A stretch of DNA of 64,000 nucleotides from Mobula birostris (Eukaryota). Every line of letters begins with the position of its first letter. Position 1 is the stretch's first letter. The notes below the pieces were generated by a model. That model searched no databases. It worked only from the letters and a program-made list of their open reading frames with translations, and was not told where the DNA came from. Positions 35,350-49,274 of this stretch are shown in pieces. A program made the position numbers and the translations under genes. Location of the stretch: positions 8,856,998 to 8,920,997 of the forward strand of contig NC_092374.1 of NCBI RefSeq assembly GCF_030028105.1, read 5' to 3'.

Positions 35350-36790
35350 GATTTATTATCCCTCACAACCCCATTCTCCTGCCTTGGGCCTGGGACCTTT
35401 GATACCCTTCCTAATGAAGAACCTATCAAACTCTGCCTTAAGTATACCCAATGACTTGGCCTCCACAGCCGCCTGTGGCAATGAATTCCACAGATTCACC
35501 ATGCTCTGGCAAAAAAAAAATCCTCCTTATCTTCCTTCTAAATGGATCTCCCTCAGTGCTGAGGTGGTGCCCTCTGGTCCTAGACTTACCCACTATAGGA
35601 AACATCCTCTCCACCTCCACTCTGTCTTGGCCGTTCAGTATTCGATAGGCTTCAATGAGATCCTCATTCTCCTAAACTCCAGTAAGTACAGGCCCAGAAC
35701 CATCAAACAACCCTCATACTTTAACCTTTTCATTCCTGGGATCATTCTCGTAAACCTCCTCTCCAATGCCAGCACATTTTTTCTTAGATAAGGGACACTA
35801 AAATGCTCACAATACTCCATGTGAGGTCTGACCAATGCATTATAAAGCCTCAGCGTTACATCCCTGCTTTTACATTCTAGTCCTCTTAAAATGAATGCTA
35901 ACATTAAGATTGCCTTCCGTACCACCATCTCATACTCCAAGTTAACCTTTAGGGAATCTTACATGAGGACTCCCAAGTTTCTTTGCACCTCTGATTTTTG
36001 AATTTACTCCCCATTAAGAAAATAGTCCATCCCTTTATTCTGTCTACCAAAGTGCATGACCATGCACTTCCCTATGTTATATTTCACCTGCCACTTTCCC
36101 CATTCTCCCAATCAGTCTAAGTCCTTCTGCAGATTCCCTGCTTCCTCAACACTATCTGTCCCTCCATCTATCTTTGTATCATCTGCAAACTTAGCCATGA
36201 GGCCATCAATTCCTTCATTCAAATCATTGACATGTGATGTGAAAAGAAGTGAACCTAACACCAACCTCTGAGCACGTTACTAGTCACTGGCAGCCAACTA
36301 GAAAAAATCCCCGTTATTCCCACTCTTTGCCTCCTGCCAATCATCCAATGCTCTATCCATGCTAGTATCTTTCCTCCAATACCATTGACTCTTAACCTGT
36401 TAAGCAACCTCGTGTGCAGCATGTTTTGGATGTAACTATCCTGCACCACCCAAATTTCCCTTTGGAAACTCCAGACATTGCTATTCTGCTGATATCCCTG
36501 CTCCTGCCCCCTTCCAACCACTTTGTCCAGCTCCTCTCTCTTGCCTCTGTATTCCCTTTATTCCACTGTAATACTGATATATCCAATTTTAGCTTCTTCT
36601 TCTCAAACTGCAGGGTGAATTCTATCATATCATGGTCACTGTCTCCTAAGGGTTCCTTTACCTTAAGCTCTCTTACCAAATCCAGGTCATTACAGAACAC
36701 CCAGTCCACAGTTGCCATTCCCCTAATGGGTTCAAACACAAAGCTATCTCGTAGAAATTCCCTCTCTTGGAAATCCAACACCAACCTGAT
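35350..36790 (-). mobile_element. CR1 fragments
   Basis: EPLGDSDHDMIEF; RLLNRLRVNGIGGKILAW; VRPHMEYC. Confidence 0.8.
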
Positions 36791-38519
36791 TTTCCCAGTC
36801 TTCTTGTATACTGAAATCCTCCACGATTATCGCAATTTTACCCATTTTACATGGCAATTGATTGCAGTCAAATATTGTCCGTTGCCTGTAAGTTTGTTTG
36901 CTGTCCCTGTGTTTGTTTCCTCTAGGTGCTCCAGTTTTCTCCCATATTCCAAAAACGTACAGGTTAGGGTAAATAAGTTGTGGTCATGCTGTTTTGGTGC
37001 TGGCAGCATGGCGACGCTTGCTGGCTGCCTCCAGGATCTGTTCGGACTGTGTTCACATTGATGCAAAATAACGTATTTTAAGTGCAGTGAAATATGTCTT
37101 TTTGGGTCAGTGACCAACACTGTCTGAACATGTTCTAGAGACAGTTACCAAATGTGCCCTGCTGCCGGCACCAACATATGTATGTTTGATATTTCGAAGA
37201 ACAAGTGACAAATAAAGCTAATCTTTAGTCTTCGAGGTAAGATCTTTACCTTATTTTACTGATTAACTCTTGGTCTTCCAATTTTTGTTCCCTTGCCAGA
37301 GAACTGAAAGGTTCGTGCATTTACAACAATCCCCATTCACAATGAGTTTGAACACCTGGGGAGAGCGGTTTCTTGTATGTTGACGGAATGATTCTACTTA
37401 TTGACACACTATAATTCAAAAGACATGGCAATTCTGGACCATGGAAAACACAGCATCCACTGGAACACAAGCACTTCTATTTTGACCTATTCTTAGGGGT
37501 TTTACTAAAATGAACATCTTTGGAGAATGTTGTGAAAAGTTTGAAGGTTTGAATCTGGATGAAGGGTCTCGGCCTGACTCTTTGTACCTCTCTGCTGATG
37601 CTGCCTGACTTGCTGAGTTCCTCCAGCATTTTGTGTGTGTAACTGTGAATGGTATAATCTTTTCTACGTGAACCCTAATTGTGTTTACCAAAACTTTAAA
37701 AAGTGTCCTGACATGAGGATGCTATGTAAAAGAACATCTCCCTTTTGTACAGATTGTCCTTAGGTTATAAATAATTGACTTATGAACAAGCTCCTCAGCA
37801 TTAGTAAGTTCAAGTATACGTACGGGGGCTCTCTGAGTCACAGCAAGGTGTTCAGAAGCCTCACAGCCCAGAAGAAGCTGTGACCCAGCCGAACACTCTT
37901 TGTTTTTATTCTGTGGTACCTTCTGCCTGATGCGGATGTTGTATCTCCCCTTTCCAGTCCACCACCACGCAGAGAATAATAGTTGAAACACAAGAGGTTC
38001 TGCAGATAATGGAAATCTTGAGAAACACGCACACAATACTGGAGGAACTCAGCAGGTCAGGAATAAACAGTCGATGACTTGGGCCGAGACCCTTCATTAG
38101 GGCTCATCAGAAGGACTTCATTGGGAATAATAGCTTTCCGCTTTGAAAACAGAAGTGGATAACCACAAATTGATCCACTTCAACCTTTACCTGCCATGCA
38201 TTTTCCAGTGTGACTCAGTCATCAAAATGACTGCAGTTCTCGTGTTGATGTGTGCAAATGACCTTTTTGTCACCACAGACAAATGAATGAGTACCACCAG
38301 CGGTATGGACAAGGTGAACGCACACACTCTCTTTTGAAACCAGACGGCATGGGTTTAAGGTGAGAGGAGAGAGATTAAATAGAAATCTGGGAGACAACAT
38401 TTTCACCCACTGAAAATGAATCTCAAGGTTCATATGGTAACATATGTGCACTTTGATAGTCAATTTACTTCAAATTTTGTACAGATTCAAAATGCTCTAC
38501 TGTTGACATGATCTTCCCA

Positions 38520-39205
38520 TCAAAGACCCACTTTGACTTTGCCCTGCCTATCTCGTCCATCTGGTTCCCCCTCTCCTTCTCTTTCTCCCATGGTCCACTC
38601 TCCTCTCCTTTCAGGTTCCTTCCTCCACCTATTGATCCGAGATTCTTACTTTATCCTGATCCACCGCCTTCCCATCCGCCACCTTCCTCATCTGTCTGCC
38701 TTCCCCGTCCACCGACATTCCCCATCCATCTGCTACATTCCCCACCCACTGACTTTCCCATCCACTGATGTCCCAGTCTGCCTGCCTTCCCCATCTGCCC
38801 ACATTCCCCATCTACTGCCTTCCCCATCCACCGACATTCCCCATCCATCGACATTCCCCATCCATCTGCTTTCCCCATCTGCTGCATTCCCCACCCACTG
38901 CCTTCCCCATCCACTGACTTCCCCATCCACTGACTTCCTTATCCGCCTACCTTCCCCATCCACCTCTGTCCCCATCACATGGTCTCACCTATCATCTGCC
39001 AGCTTGTATTCTTTCCCACCCCGCCTCTCACCTTCTTGTTTTGACCTCTTCTTTCTTCTTTTCCAGTCCTGATGAAAGGTCTCAGCCTGGAAAGTCAACT
39101 GTTTATTCCTCTCCATAGATGCTGCCTGACCTGCTGAATTCCTTCAGCATTTTGTTTGTGTTACTCTGGAATTCCATCAACTGCAGCATATCTTGTGTTT
39201 ATATT
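38520..39205 (+). mobile_element. Penelope-derived non-coding element containing an internal minisatellite
   Basis: Pyrimidine tract, decayed HHR at about 39063-39100 and gatgctgcctgacctgctga tail. Confidence 0.65.
38640..38965. repeat. Degenerate ~17-bp minisatellite (TTCCCCATCCAC/TGCC)
   Basis: Repeated TTCCCCATC motif. Confidence 0.85.
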
Positions 39206-39411
39206 TATCAATCCTTGTCTATTTATGTGTAGCTTTTTCCATTGTACTAATTTTTCCCCATAAATTTCTGCAAGAAAATGAATTTCAAGTTAATGTATGG
39301 AGACATATATCTACTTTGATAATAAATTTAGTTTGAACTTTGAACTTTATATAGCTTCAAATTGTTCTAGTAGATTCTTTAAGCATTACCTCCCTTTCAG
39401 AGACCCACTCT

Positions 39412-39905
39412 GGCTTTGTCCAATCATGTAGTGTTCACACTCTTGTCCAATCATGTGCAGTAATTACACTTTTGTCCAATCACGTGCAGTATTTACACCT
39501 TTGTCCAATCACGTGCAGTATTTACACCTTTGTCCAATCTTGAGTAGATTTTACACAAAATGCTGGAGGAACTCAGCAGGCTAGGCAGCATCTATGGAAA
39601 AAAGTACAGTCGATGTTTCAGGGATGCTGCCTGGCCTGCTGAGATCCTCCAGCATTTTGTGTGTGTTGCTTGGATTTCCACCATCTGCAGATTTTCTCTT
39701 GTTTGTAGTTTTTACACCTTTATCCAATCATGTGCAGCTTTTACATCTTTGTCCAATCATGTGTAGCTTTTACATCTTTGTCCAATCAGGTGTAGTTTTA
39801 CACCTTTGTCCAATCATGTAGCTTTTACACTTATGTCCAATTGAGTGTAGTTTATACACCTTGTCAAATCACGTAGCTTTTACACTTTTGTTCAATCATG
39901 TGTAG
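39412..39905. repeat. ~29-bp minisatellite (TTTACACCTTTGTCCAATCAYGTGYAG), about 12 units, interrupted by a palindromic insertion
   Basis: TCCAATC recurs about every 29 bp; insertion at about 39553-39700. Confidence 0.88.
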
Positions 39906-41240
39906 TTTATTGAGAGAATAACAGGACATAAAAGAAAGTAACAATAGAATTGGTTAATAATTACGCAATGTTTCCAAGAGCAGGCACCGGAAACACATTT
40001 ACCAGAAGTCCCAAAGAGGAATTGAGAATTTTACTTCTTAACCTGAGTTTTAGTAGGAAAGTGGAAGTGGTTTCCAAGTGAGTGGGATGAATTGTAGTAA
40101 TGTGTTAAAGGGGAAGTGAGGGAAATAAGAGCAAATTAAATTTGTCAGCTGCTGAAATGGCATGTATACTCAGCCTTAGTGTTACAAGCAATCTTGTCCA
40201 TAGCTAATATTATTATTTATTGATTGGATTTCCACACCCATTGGTCCCAATTAGTGATGTTCCACTGCCACATTCCTTTATTTACTCATTATTCAGGACA
40301 TTGGCACCTCTTCCAAGGTTGGGAATTAATGTTCTTTGCTAATTGTTACCCACCAGGCAAACTGCCTTTTCCAAGAGCTTCCTTCTGGAAAATTTTATAG
40401 GGCAATTAAAACAAAAACTTCACACCATTTTACAAATTTCATCTCCCAGGCAGTTGACCTGAGCTGCCACCCTCTCTATCATTTCTACCACTGCACTGGA
40501 AGCACTTTAAACCACTTTTTGTACAGCTGTTTAAATACATGTTGGAATTTATGTATTTACGCACATATTATTGCAATATCTGTACTTTAACTCTGTTTAT
40601 TTTTATATAGTTATTTATTCCTTGTAATCACTGAATGTTGTTTCTGTTGCATGTCACACCCTGACAACACACCACAGCAAATTCCTGACACTACATATAA
40701 ATCTATATGCTGAAAAAAGTTGTTCCTTGAACAGTGGCTGCTGGCCAGTTAGATGGCACTTAAGAGACAACCACACTGGTGGGTCTAAAATTGAAGAGAG
40801 CTCACACCAGATTCAACATGACTTCAAAAACTTTGACAAACTTCTACAGATATGTAGTGGAGAGTGTATTGACTGGCTGCATCACGGCCTGGTATGGAAA
40901 CACCAGTGCCCTTGAATGGAAAGTCCTACAAAAGATGGTGGATTCAGCCCAGTACATCACGGGTAAAGACCTCCCAACTATTGAACGCATCTACATGAAA
41001 AGCAGCATCCATCATCAGAGATCCTCACCGCCCAGACCATGCTCTCGTCCTGCTGCTGCCATCAGGTAGAAGGTACAAGAGCCTAGGGACTCGCATCACC
41101 AGGTTCAAGAACAGTTACTAGCCCACAACGATTGAGCTCTTGAACAAAAGGGGATAACTACACTCACTTGCCCACTCATAGAGATGTTCCCACAACCAAT
41201 AATCTCACTTTAAGGTCTCTTTATCTTGTTATTTTAGATT

Positions 41241-41735
41241 ATTAGATTAGATTAGATTATGAGGACACGCAGCCCTCTTTTATTGTCATTTAGTAACGCA
41301 TGCATTAAGAAGTGATACAATATTCCTCTGGTGTGATATCACAAAAACACAGGACGGACCAAGACTGAAAAACTAACAAAACCACATAATTATAACATAT
41401 AGTTACAACAGTGCAACAATACCATAACTTGATGAAGAACAGTCCATGGCACAGTAAAAAAGTTCAAAGTTTCTTGAAAGTCCCACACCTCATGCAGATG
41501 GGAGAAGGAAGAAAACTCTCCCTGCCATGCCCAACCACAGTCCGACTCTGAGTCGTCCGAAAACTTTGAGCTCTGATCAGCTCTCCGACACCGAGTACCG
41601 AGCACCATCTCTATCCAAACGTTTTGACCTCAGCCTCGGTCGCCAGCAGCAGGCAAAGCCGGGGATTTTGGGGCCTGCCCTCCGGAGATTCTCGATCACA
41701 CAGTAACAGCAGCGAACCGGGCATTCCAGAAATTT
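41241..41735 (-). mobile_element. Same non-coding repeat, copy 2 (5'-truncated)
   Basis: ATTAGATTAGATTATGAGGACAC end and homologous body. Confidence 0.7.
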
Positions 41736-42376
41736 CTCCTTTTTTCATGTCCTCATTAATTATTGCTATTTACTTATATTTGTATTTGCAGTTTGTTGTC
41801 TTCTGCACTCCGGTTGATCTTTCATTGATTCTGGTATAGTTACTATTCTATAGATTTGCTGAATATAGAGACATAGAAATATTCCCGCAGGAAAATGAAT
41901 CTCAGGGTTGTATGTGGTGACATATCCGTACTCTGATAGTGAAACCTATTTTGAACTTTGATCAATGCCACGTTTCCTCCTCAGAAGGTATTAAAGATTA
42001 GCTTTATTTGTCACATTAGAACACTGAGCCATCAAGACATACAGTGAAATTACATCAATGACCAACGCAGTCTGGGGCTCTACTGAGGGAAATTGGCAAG
42101 TCTTCCCATGCTTCCGATGCCAATAAAGCTTGCCCACAACTCACTAACCCTAACCCATACGTTTTTGATGGCATGGGAGGGAAGGGTTAGATTAACCTTA
42201 GAGCAGGTTAAAGGGCTGGCACAACATTGTGGGCTGAAAGGCTGTAGTGTTCCGTGTTCTATAGTAACCATGATCATATCACATTACACACGCTATAAAT
42301 CTCTCATTTAAGAAACATCTGAACACTACCCATAATTGACCTAACAGAATATATCCTGTCATTAACACCATATTCT

Positions 42377-44920
42377 TTGCCAAGGGAAATCTCGCATGCA
42401 ATTGTGGTTGTTGTGTACATCCCTCCCTCTGCCAACCCGACGTCGGCATGTAACATCATTTACACCGTCATAGCCAGACTACAAACCCAGTACCCGAGTG
42501 CCCTCATTACCATCTCAGGTGACTTCAACCAGGTTACCCTGGCTAGAACACTGCCCAACTTCACGCAGTATGTGAGCTGTACAACCAGAGGGGAGAGGAC
42601 TCTGGGTTTGATGTACGCTAACGTTAAGGATGCATACTGGTCCTCTCCCCTCCCCCCATTGGGAAGGTCAGATCACAACCTGGTGCATCTAAAACCCTGC
42701 TACGTGCCTCTGGTGAAGAGTAAACCTGCAACCTCGAGGACAGTGAGAAAATGGTTGGAGGAGGCTTATGAAGCGCTCCAGGGTTGTTTTGAGGTGACAG
42801 ACTGGCAGGCACTCTGTGAGCCACAAGGAGAGGATATTGATGGGCTCACAGAATGCATCACTGATTACATCAACTTCTGTGTGGACAGCAATGTTCCGAC
42901 AAGAACTGTCCTTTGTTATTCAAATAACAAGCCATGGGTGACAAAGGACATTAAGGACATCCTGAACGCTAAAAAGAGGGCATTTAGAGATGGAAATAGG
43001 GAGGAGCTGAGGGCAATACAGAGGGATCTGAAAGCCAGGATCAGGGAGGCTAAAGACAGGTACAGGAGGAAGCTTGAGTGGAAACTCCAGCAGAACAACA
43101 TGAAGAGAGGTCTGGAGGGGGATGAGGACCATCACTGGGTTCCAGCAAACTAGCAACAGAGGAGCTGAAGGCAGTGTGGACAGGGCCAACGAACTTAACC
43201 TGTTCTTTAACAGATTTGACATTGTGACCCCTGCCCATTCCCCACATGAGCCATCTGTTGTCGGCCCCCAACCAACACATATTCCACTCTCCCCTCCTAC
43301 GTCTCCTCACAGTCCCCCACCCTACTCTCATGACTATACCCCTTCCCCACAAAAACCACCATGGTGGGCTTCACAGCTCTACAGGTGAGAAGACAGCTGA
43401 AATGTCTCAACCCAAGCAAGGCTGCAGGACCGGATAGTGTCAGTACCAGTGTGCTCAAAGCCTGTGCCCCTCAGCTATGTGGAGTACTTCGCCATGTATT
43501 CAACATGAGCCTGAGGCTCCAGAGGGTTCCTGTACTGTGGAAGACATCCTGCCTCGTCCCTGTGCTGAAGACGCCGCGCCCCAACGGCCTCAATGACTAC
43601 AGACTGGTGGCATTGACCTCCCACATCATGAAGACCCTGGAGAGACTTGTTCCGGAGCTGCTCCAGCCTATGGTCAGGCCACACTTAGATCCCCTCCAGT
43701 TCGCCTACCAGCCCCGACTAGGAGTTGAGGATGCCATCGTCTACCTGCTGAACTGTGTCTACGCCCACCTGGACAAGCCAGCGAGCAGTGTGAGGGTCAT
43801 GTTTTTTGACTTCTCCAGTGCGTTCAACAACATCCGCCCTGCTCTGCTGGGGGAGAAGCTGACAGCGATGCAGGTGGATGCTTCCCTGGTATCATGGATT
43901 CTTGATTACCTGACTGGCAGACCACAGTATGTGTGCTTGCAACACTGTGTGTCTGACAGAGTGATCAGTAGCACTGGGGCTCCACAGGGGACTGTCTTGT
44001 CTCCCTTTCTCTTCACCATTTACACCTTGGACTTCAACTACTGCACAGAGTCTTGTCATCTTCAGAAGTTTTTGGATGACTCTGCCATAGTTGGATGCAT
44101 CAGCAAGGGAGATGAGGTTGAGTACACGGCTACGGTAGGAAACTTTGTCACATGGTGTGAGCAGAATTATCTGCAGCTTAAGGTGAAAAAGACTAAGGAG
44201 CTGGTGGTAGACCTGAGGAGAGCTAAGGTACCGGTGACCCCTGTTTCCATCGGGGGTTCAATGTGGTCATGGTGGAGGATTACAAATACCTGGGGATACG
44301 AATTGACAATAAACTGGACTAGTCAAAGAACACTGAGGCTGTCTACAAGAAGGGTCAGAGCTGTCTCTATTTCCTGAGGAGACTGAGGTCCTTTAACATC
44401 TGCCAGACGATGCTAAGGATGTTCTATGAGTCTGTGGTGGCCAGTGCTATCATGTTTGCTGTTGTGCGCTGGGGCAGCAGGCTGAGGGTAGCAGACACCA
44501 ACAGAATCAACAAACTCATTCGTAAGGCCACTGATGTTGTGGGGATGGAACTGGACTCTCTGACAGTGGTGTCTAAAAAGAGGATGCTGTCCAAGTTGCA
44601 TGCCATCTTGGACAATGTCTCCCATCCACTACATAACGTACTGGTTGGGCACAGGAGTACATTCAGCCAGAGACTCATTCCACCGAGATGCAACACAGAG
44701 CGTCATAGGAAGTCATTCCTGTCTGTGGCCATCAAACTTTATAATCCTCCCTTGGAGGGTCAGACACCCTGAGCCAATAGGCTGGTCCTGGACTTATTTC
44801 CTGGCATAATTTACATATTACTATTTAACTATTTATGGTTTTTTTACTATTTAATTATTTATGGTGCAACTGTAACGAAAACCAATTTCCCCCGGGATCA
44901 ATAAAGTATGACTATGACTA
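42377..44920 (+). mobile_element. Rex1/Babar-like LINE, 5'-truncated (endonuclease C-terminus + RT + 3' UTR)
   Basis: YIPPSAN, SGDFN, SDHNLV; LDPLQFAY, DFSSAFN, GAPQGTVLSPFLF, FLDDSA; AATAAAGTATGACTATGAC tail. Confidence 0.9.
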
Positions 44921-45361
44921 TTTTATTATTAATACAAGATTGAAAAATGCTTTGAATATGTATCAGAGAATTTGCCTAAAGTCAGGTTTTCGTAAATCAG
45001 GTAATCAGTGACTCAGAGGTCCCCCCGTATTTAGGTTCTGAAGCTAATGACCTTTGTAAATTCCATATAATGTAAATGAAAATTCCACAGCAGCTCAGGC
45101 GAAACTTGAACTCAGTTCTCTGGGTTCTTTTTCAGTCCAGGTTTCTGTCAGGCACCTCATACACCATCACGCCCTGTGCACCGGGACGCTCTGACTCATA
45201 ATGTCCAGGAATTGAAGATAAGCACGTCTGCTCTTTAAAGTGAATCTCACACTCTGAGTGGTGACTATCACCCACCTACACATCGACCCCTCACTTTCTG
45301 TAATATTTAAACCTCTTCCCAATACCAAGCAAACCCTTGATTTTAAGAAAGTCTTTTTAAG

Positions 45362-45615
45362 GGGTGGCACGGTAGCCTAGCAGTTAGTGTAATGCTATTA
45401 CAGAGGCAGTGACCTGGGTTCAATTCCTGCCACTGCCTGTTAGGAGTTTGTATGTTCTCCCCATGACCATTTGGGTTTCCTCTTTGTGCTTTGATTTCCT
45501 CCCATAGTCAAAAGATTTATAGGTTAGTTGGTTAATTAGTCACATCAGTGCAATTGGGCAGTGCAGGTTCATTGAACTAGAAGGGCCTGTTACTGTGCTG
45601 TACAGTAAGTAAAAA
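45362..45615 (+). mobile_element. V-SINE (HE1-like)
   Basis: GGTGGCACGGTAGCCTAGC head, GGGTTCAATTCC B box and V-domain. Confidence 0.78.
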
Positions 45616-46150
45616 ATAAATAAAATAAAAACCTGTCTGTACCATATATCATTTAACCAAATTACTTTAAATGTAAGGGACATTTTCTAGCCATAACGGT
45701 TGCTGGTTAAATGTTAGATGTTAAATAGAGACAGCCATTGACAAGAGTAGGAAAGGGAACTCAAGAAAGGCCAGAGTAAGGGCTGGAACGTAAAGGCAAG
45801 CCACTCAGGCCATCGAATCAAATCCTTGCCCATTGAGATGATGGCTGAGCTGTATCCCAACTCTATTCCTTCACCAGGTGCCATATCTGTTTACGTCCTG
45901 GGGAACAAAACTTTTATTGAACTCGTTACAGTCTAAAGCACTGACTGAGATTCTGTTAGGGTCCTAACCAGCCTTGCAAAGACATTATTTGTCGATTCGA
46001 ATTTTAAGTATATTCTGGGCTCTATCATGTCTGTTTTAATTCCTAAACACCTCAACCGTGTCATAGAAACACAGAAACATAGAAAATAGGTGCAGGAGTA
46101 GGTCATTCGGCCCTTCGAGCCTGCACCGCCATTCAGTATGATCATGGCTG

Positions 46151-49100
46151 ATAGAACCATAGAACCATAGAAACTACAGCACAGAAACAGGCCCTTTGGC
46201 CCTTCTTGGCTGTGCCGAACCATTTTCTGCCTAGTCCCACTGACCTGCACACGAACCATATCCCTCCATACACCTCCCATCCATGTATCTGTCCAATTTA
46301 TTCTTGTGTTAAAAAAGAACCCGCATTTACCACCTCATCTGGCAGCTCATTCCATACTCCCACCACTCTCTGTGTGAAGAAGCCCCCCCTAATGTTCCCT
46401 TTAAACTTTTCCCCCCTCACCCTTAACCCATGTCCTCTGATTTTTTTCTCCCCTTGCCTCAGTGGAAAAAGCTTGCTTGCATTCACTCTATCTATACCCA
46501 TCATAATTTTATATACCTCTATCAAATCTCCCCTCATTCTTCTACGCTCCAGGGAATAAAGTCCTAACCTATTCAACCTTTCTCTGTAACTGAGTTTCTC
46601 AAGTCCCGGCAACATCCTTGTAAACCTTCTCTGCACTCTTTCAACCTTATTTATATCCTTCCTGTAATTTGGTGACCAAAACCGAACACAATACTCCAGA
46701 TTCGGCCTCACCAATGCCTTATACAACCTCATCATAACATTCCAGCTCTTATACTCAATACTTCGATTAATAAAGGCCAATGTACCAAAAGCTCTCTTTA
46801 CGACCCTATCTACCTGTGACGACACTTTTAGGGAATTTTGTATCTGTATTCCCAGATCCCTCTGTTCCACTGCACTCCTCAGTGCCTTACCATTAACCCT
46901 GTATGTTCTACCTTGGTTTGTCCTTCCAATGTGTAATACCTCACACTTGTCAGTATTAAACTCCATCTGCCATTTTTCAGCCCATTTTTCCAGCTGGTCC
47001 AAGTCCCTCTGCAGGCTCTGAAAACCTTCCTCACTGTCTACTACACCTTCAATCTTTGTATCATCAGCAAACTTGCTGATCCAATTTACCACATTATCAT
47101 CCAGATCATTGATATAGATGACAAATAACAATGGACCCAGCACTGATCCCTGTGGCACACCACTAGTCACAGGCCTCCACTCAGAGAAGCAATTCTCTGC
47201 CTCCACTCTCTGGCTTCTTCCATCGATCCAATGTCTAATCCAATTTACCACCTCTCCATGTATACCTAGCGACTGAATTTTCCTAACTAACCTCCCATGC
47301 GGGACCTTGTCAAAGGCCTTACTGAAGTCCATGTAGACAATATTCACTGCCTTCCCTTCATCCACTTTCCTGGTAACCTCCTCGAAAAACTCCATCAGAT
47401 TGGTCAAACATAACCTACTGTGCACAAAGCCATGTTGACTCTCCCTAATAAGTCCCTGTCTATCCAAATGCTTGTAGATTCTGTCTCTTAGTACTCCCTC
47501 CAATAACTTACCTACTACTGACGTTAAACTCACCGGCCTATAATTTCCCGGATTACTTTTCGATCCTTTTTTAAACAACGGAACAACATGAGCCATTCTC
47601 CAATCCTCCGGCACTTCACCCGTAGACAGCGACATTTTAAATATTTCTGCCAGGGCCCCCGCAATTTCAACACTAGTCTCCTTCAAGGTCCAAGGGAACA
47701 CTCTGTCTGGTCCCGGGGATTTATCCACTTTAATTTTCCTCAAGACAGCAAGTACCTCCTCCTTTTCAATCTGTACAGTTTCCATGGTCTCACTACTTGA
47801 TTCCCTCAATTCCATAGATTTCATGCCAGCTTCCTTAGTAAATACAGACGCAAAAAACCTATTTAAGATCTCCCCCACTTCCTTTGGTTCCGCACAAAGC
47901 CGACCACTCTGATCTTCAAGAGGACCAATTTTATCCCTTACAATCCTTTTGCTCTTAATATACTTGTAAAAGCTCTTTGGATTATCCTTCACTTTGACTG
48001 CCAAGGCAACCTCATGTCTTCTTTTAGCCCTCCTGATTTCTTTCTTAAGTATTTTCTTGCACTTCTTATACTCCTCAAGCACCTGATTTACCCCCTGTTT
48101 CCTATACATTTCATACAACTCCCTCTTCTTCTTTATCAGAGTTGCAATATCCCTTGAGAACCAAGGTTCCTTATTCCTATTCAATTTGCCTTTAATCCTG
48201 ACAGGAACATACAAACTCTGCACTCTCAAAATTTCCCCTTTGAAGGCTTCCCACCTACCAATCACATCTTTGCCAGAGAACAACCTGTCCCAATCCACGC
48301 TTTTTAGATCCTTTCTCATTTCTTCAAATTTAGCCTTCTTCCAGTTAAGAACCTCAACCCTAGGACCAGATCTATCCTAGTCCATGATCAAATTGAAACT
48401 AATGGTGTTATGATCACTGGAACCAAAGTGCTCCCCTACACAGACTTCTGTCACTTGCCCTAATTTGTTTCCTAACAGGAGATCCAATATTGCATCCCCT
48501 CTAGTTGGTCCCTCTATATATTGATTTAGAAAACTTTCCTGAACACATTTTACAAACTCTAAACCATCTAGACCCCTAACAGTATGGGAGTCCCAATCAA
48601 TGTATGGAAAATTAAAATCCCCTACCACCACAACTTTATGTTTCCTGCAGTTGCCTGCTATCTCTCTGCAGATTTGCTCTTCCAAGTCTCGTTGACTATT
48701 GGGTGGTTTGTAATACAATCCCACTAATGTGGCCATGCCTTTCCTGTTTCTCAGCTCCACCTATAAGGACTCAGTAGACAAGCCCTCTAATCTGTCCTGC
48801 CTGAGCACTGCTGTAATATTTTCCCTAACAAGCAATGCTACTCCTCCACCTTTCATTCCTCTGCCTTGATCACATCTGAAACATCGGAACCCTGGAATAT
48901 TAAGCTGCCAGTCCTGCCCCTCCTGAAGCCAAGTTTCACTAATTGCTACAACATCATAATTCCATGTGTCAATCCACGCCCTCAACTCATCCACCTTCCC
49001 CGCAATACTCCTAGCATTGAAATATATACACCTCAGAAGATTTTTACCACCACTCACAACCTTTCTATCAGCGGATTTGCTTAAACTTTCAACATCATTT

Positions 49101-49274
49101 ATTTTCACCCCAGCCACACTGTCAGCTCTGGCACTCTGGTTCCCATCCCCCTGCAAATCTAGTTTAAAGCCTCCCCAACAGCACTAACAAACCTCCCTGA
49201 AAGGATATTGGTCCCCCTGTGGTTCAAGTGTAACCCGTCTCTCTTGTACAGGTCCCACCTGCCCCAGAAGAGGT
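46151..49274 (-). mobile_element. Near-complete CR1 ORF2 (APE endonuclease + RT) with ORF1 esterase C-terminus; 5'-truncated
   Basis: ORFs 48761-49156, 48377-48760 and 46298-48319 share one frame, separated by single TAG codons. Motifs: NARSI, ISETW, GDFN, SDH, QHGF, PQGSVLGP, FADD. ORF1 end WDLYKRDGLHLNHRG; (tctatggt)n tail. Confidence 0.95.

Noticed and set aside
38640-39905. CRISPR-like repeat-spacer arrays
   Set aside because: The units are contiguous degenerate tandem repeats without unique spacers, in a eukaryotic context.
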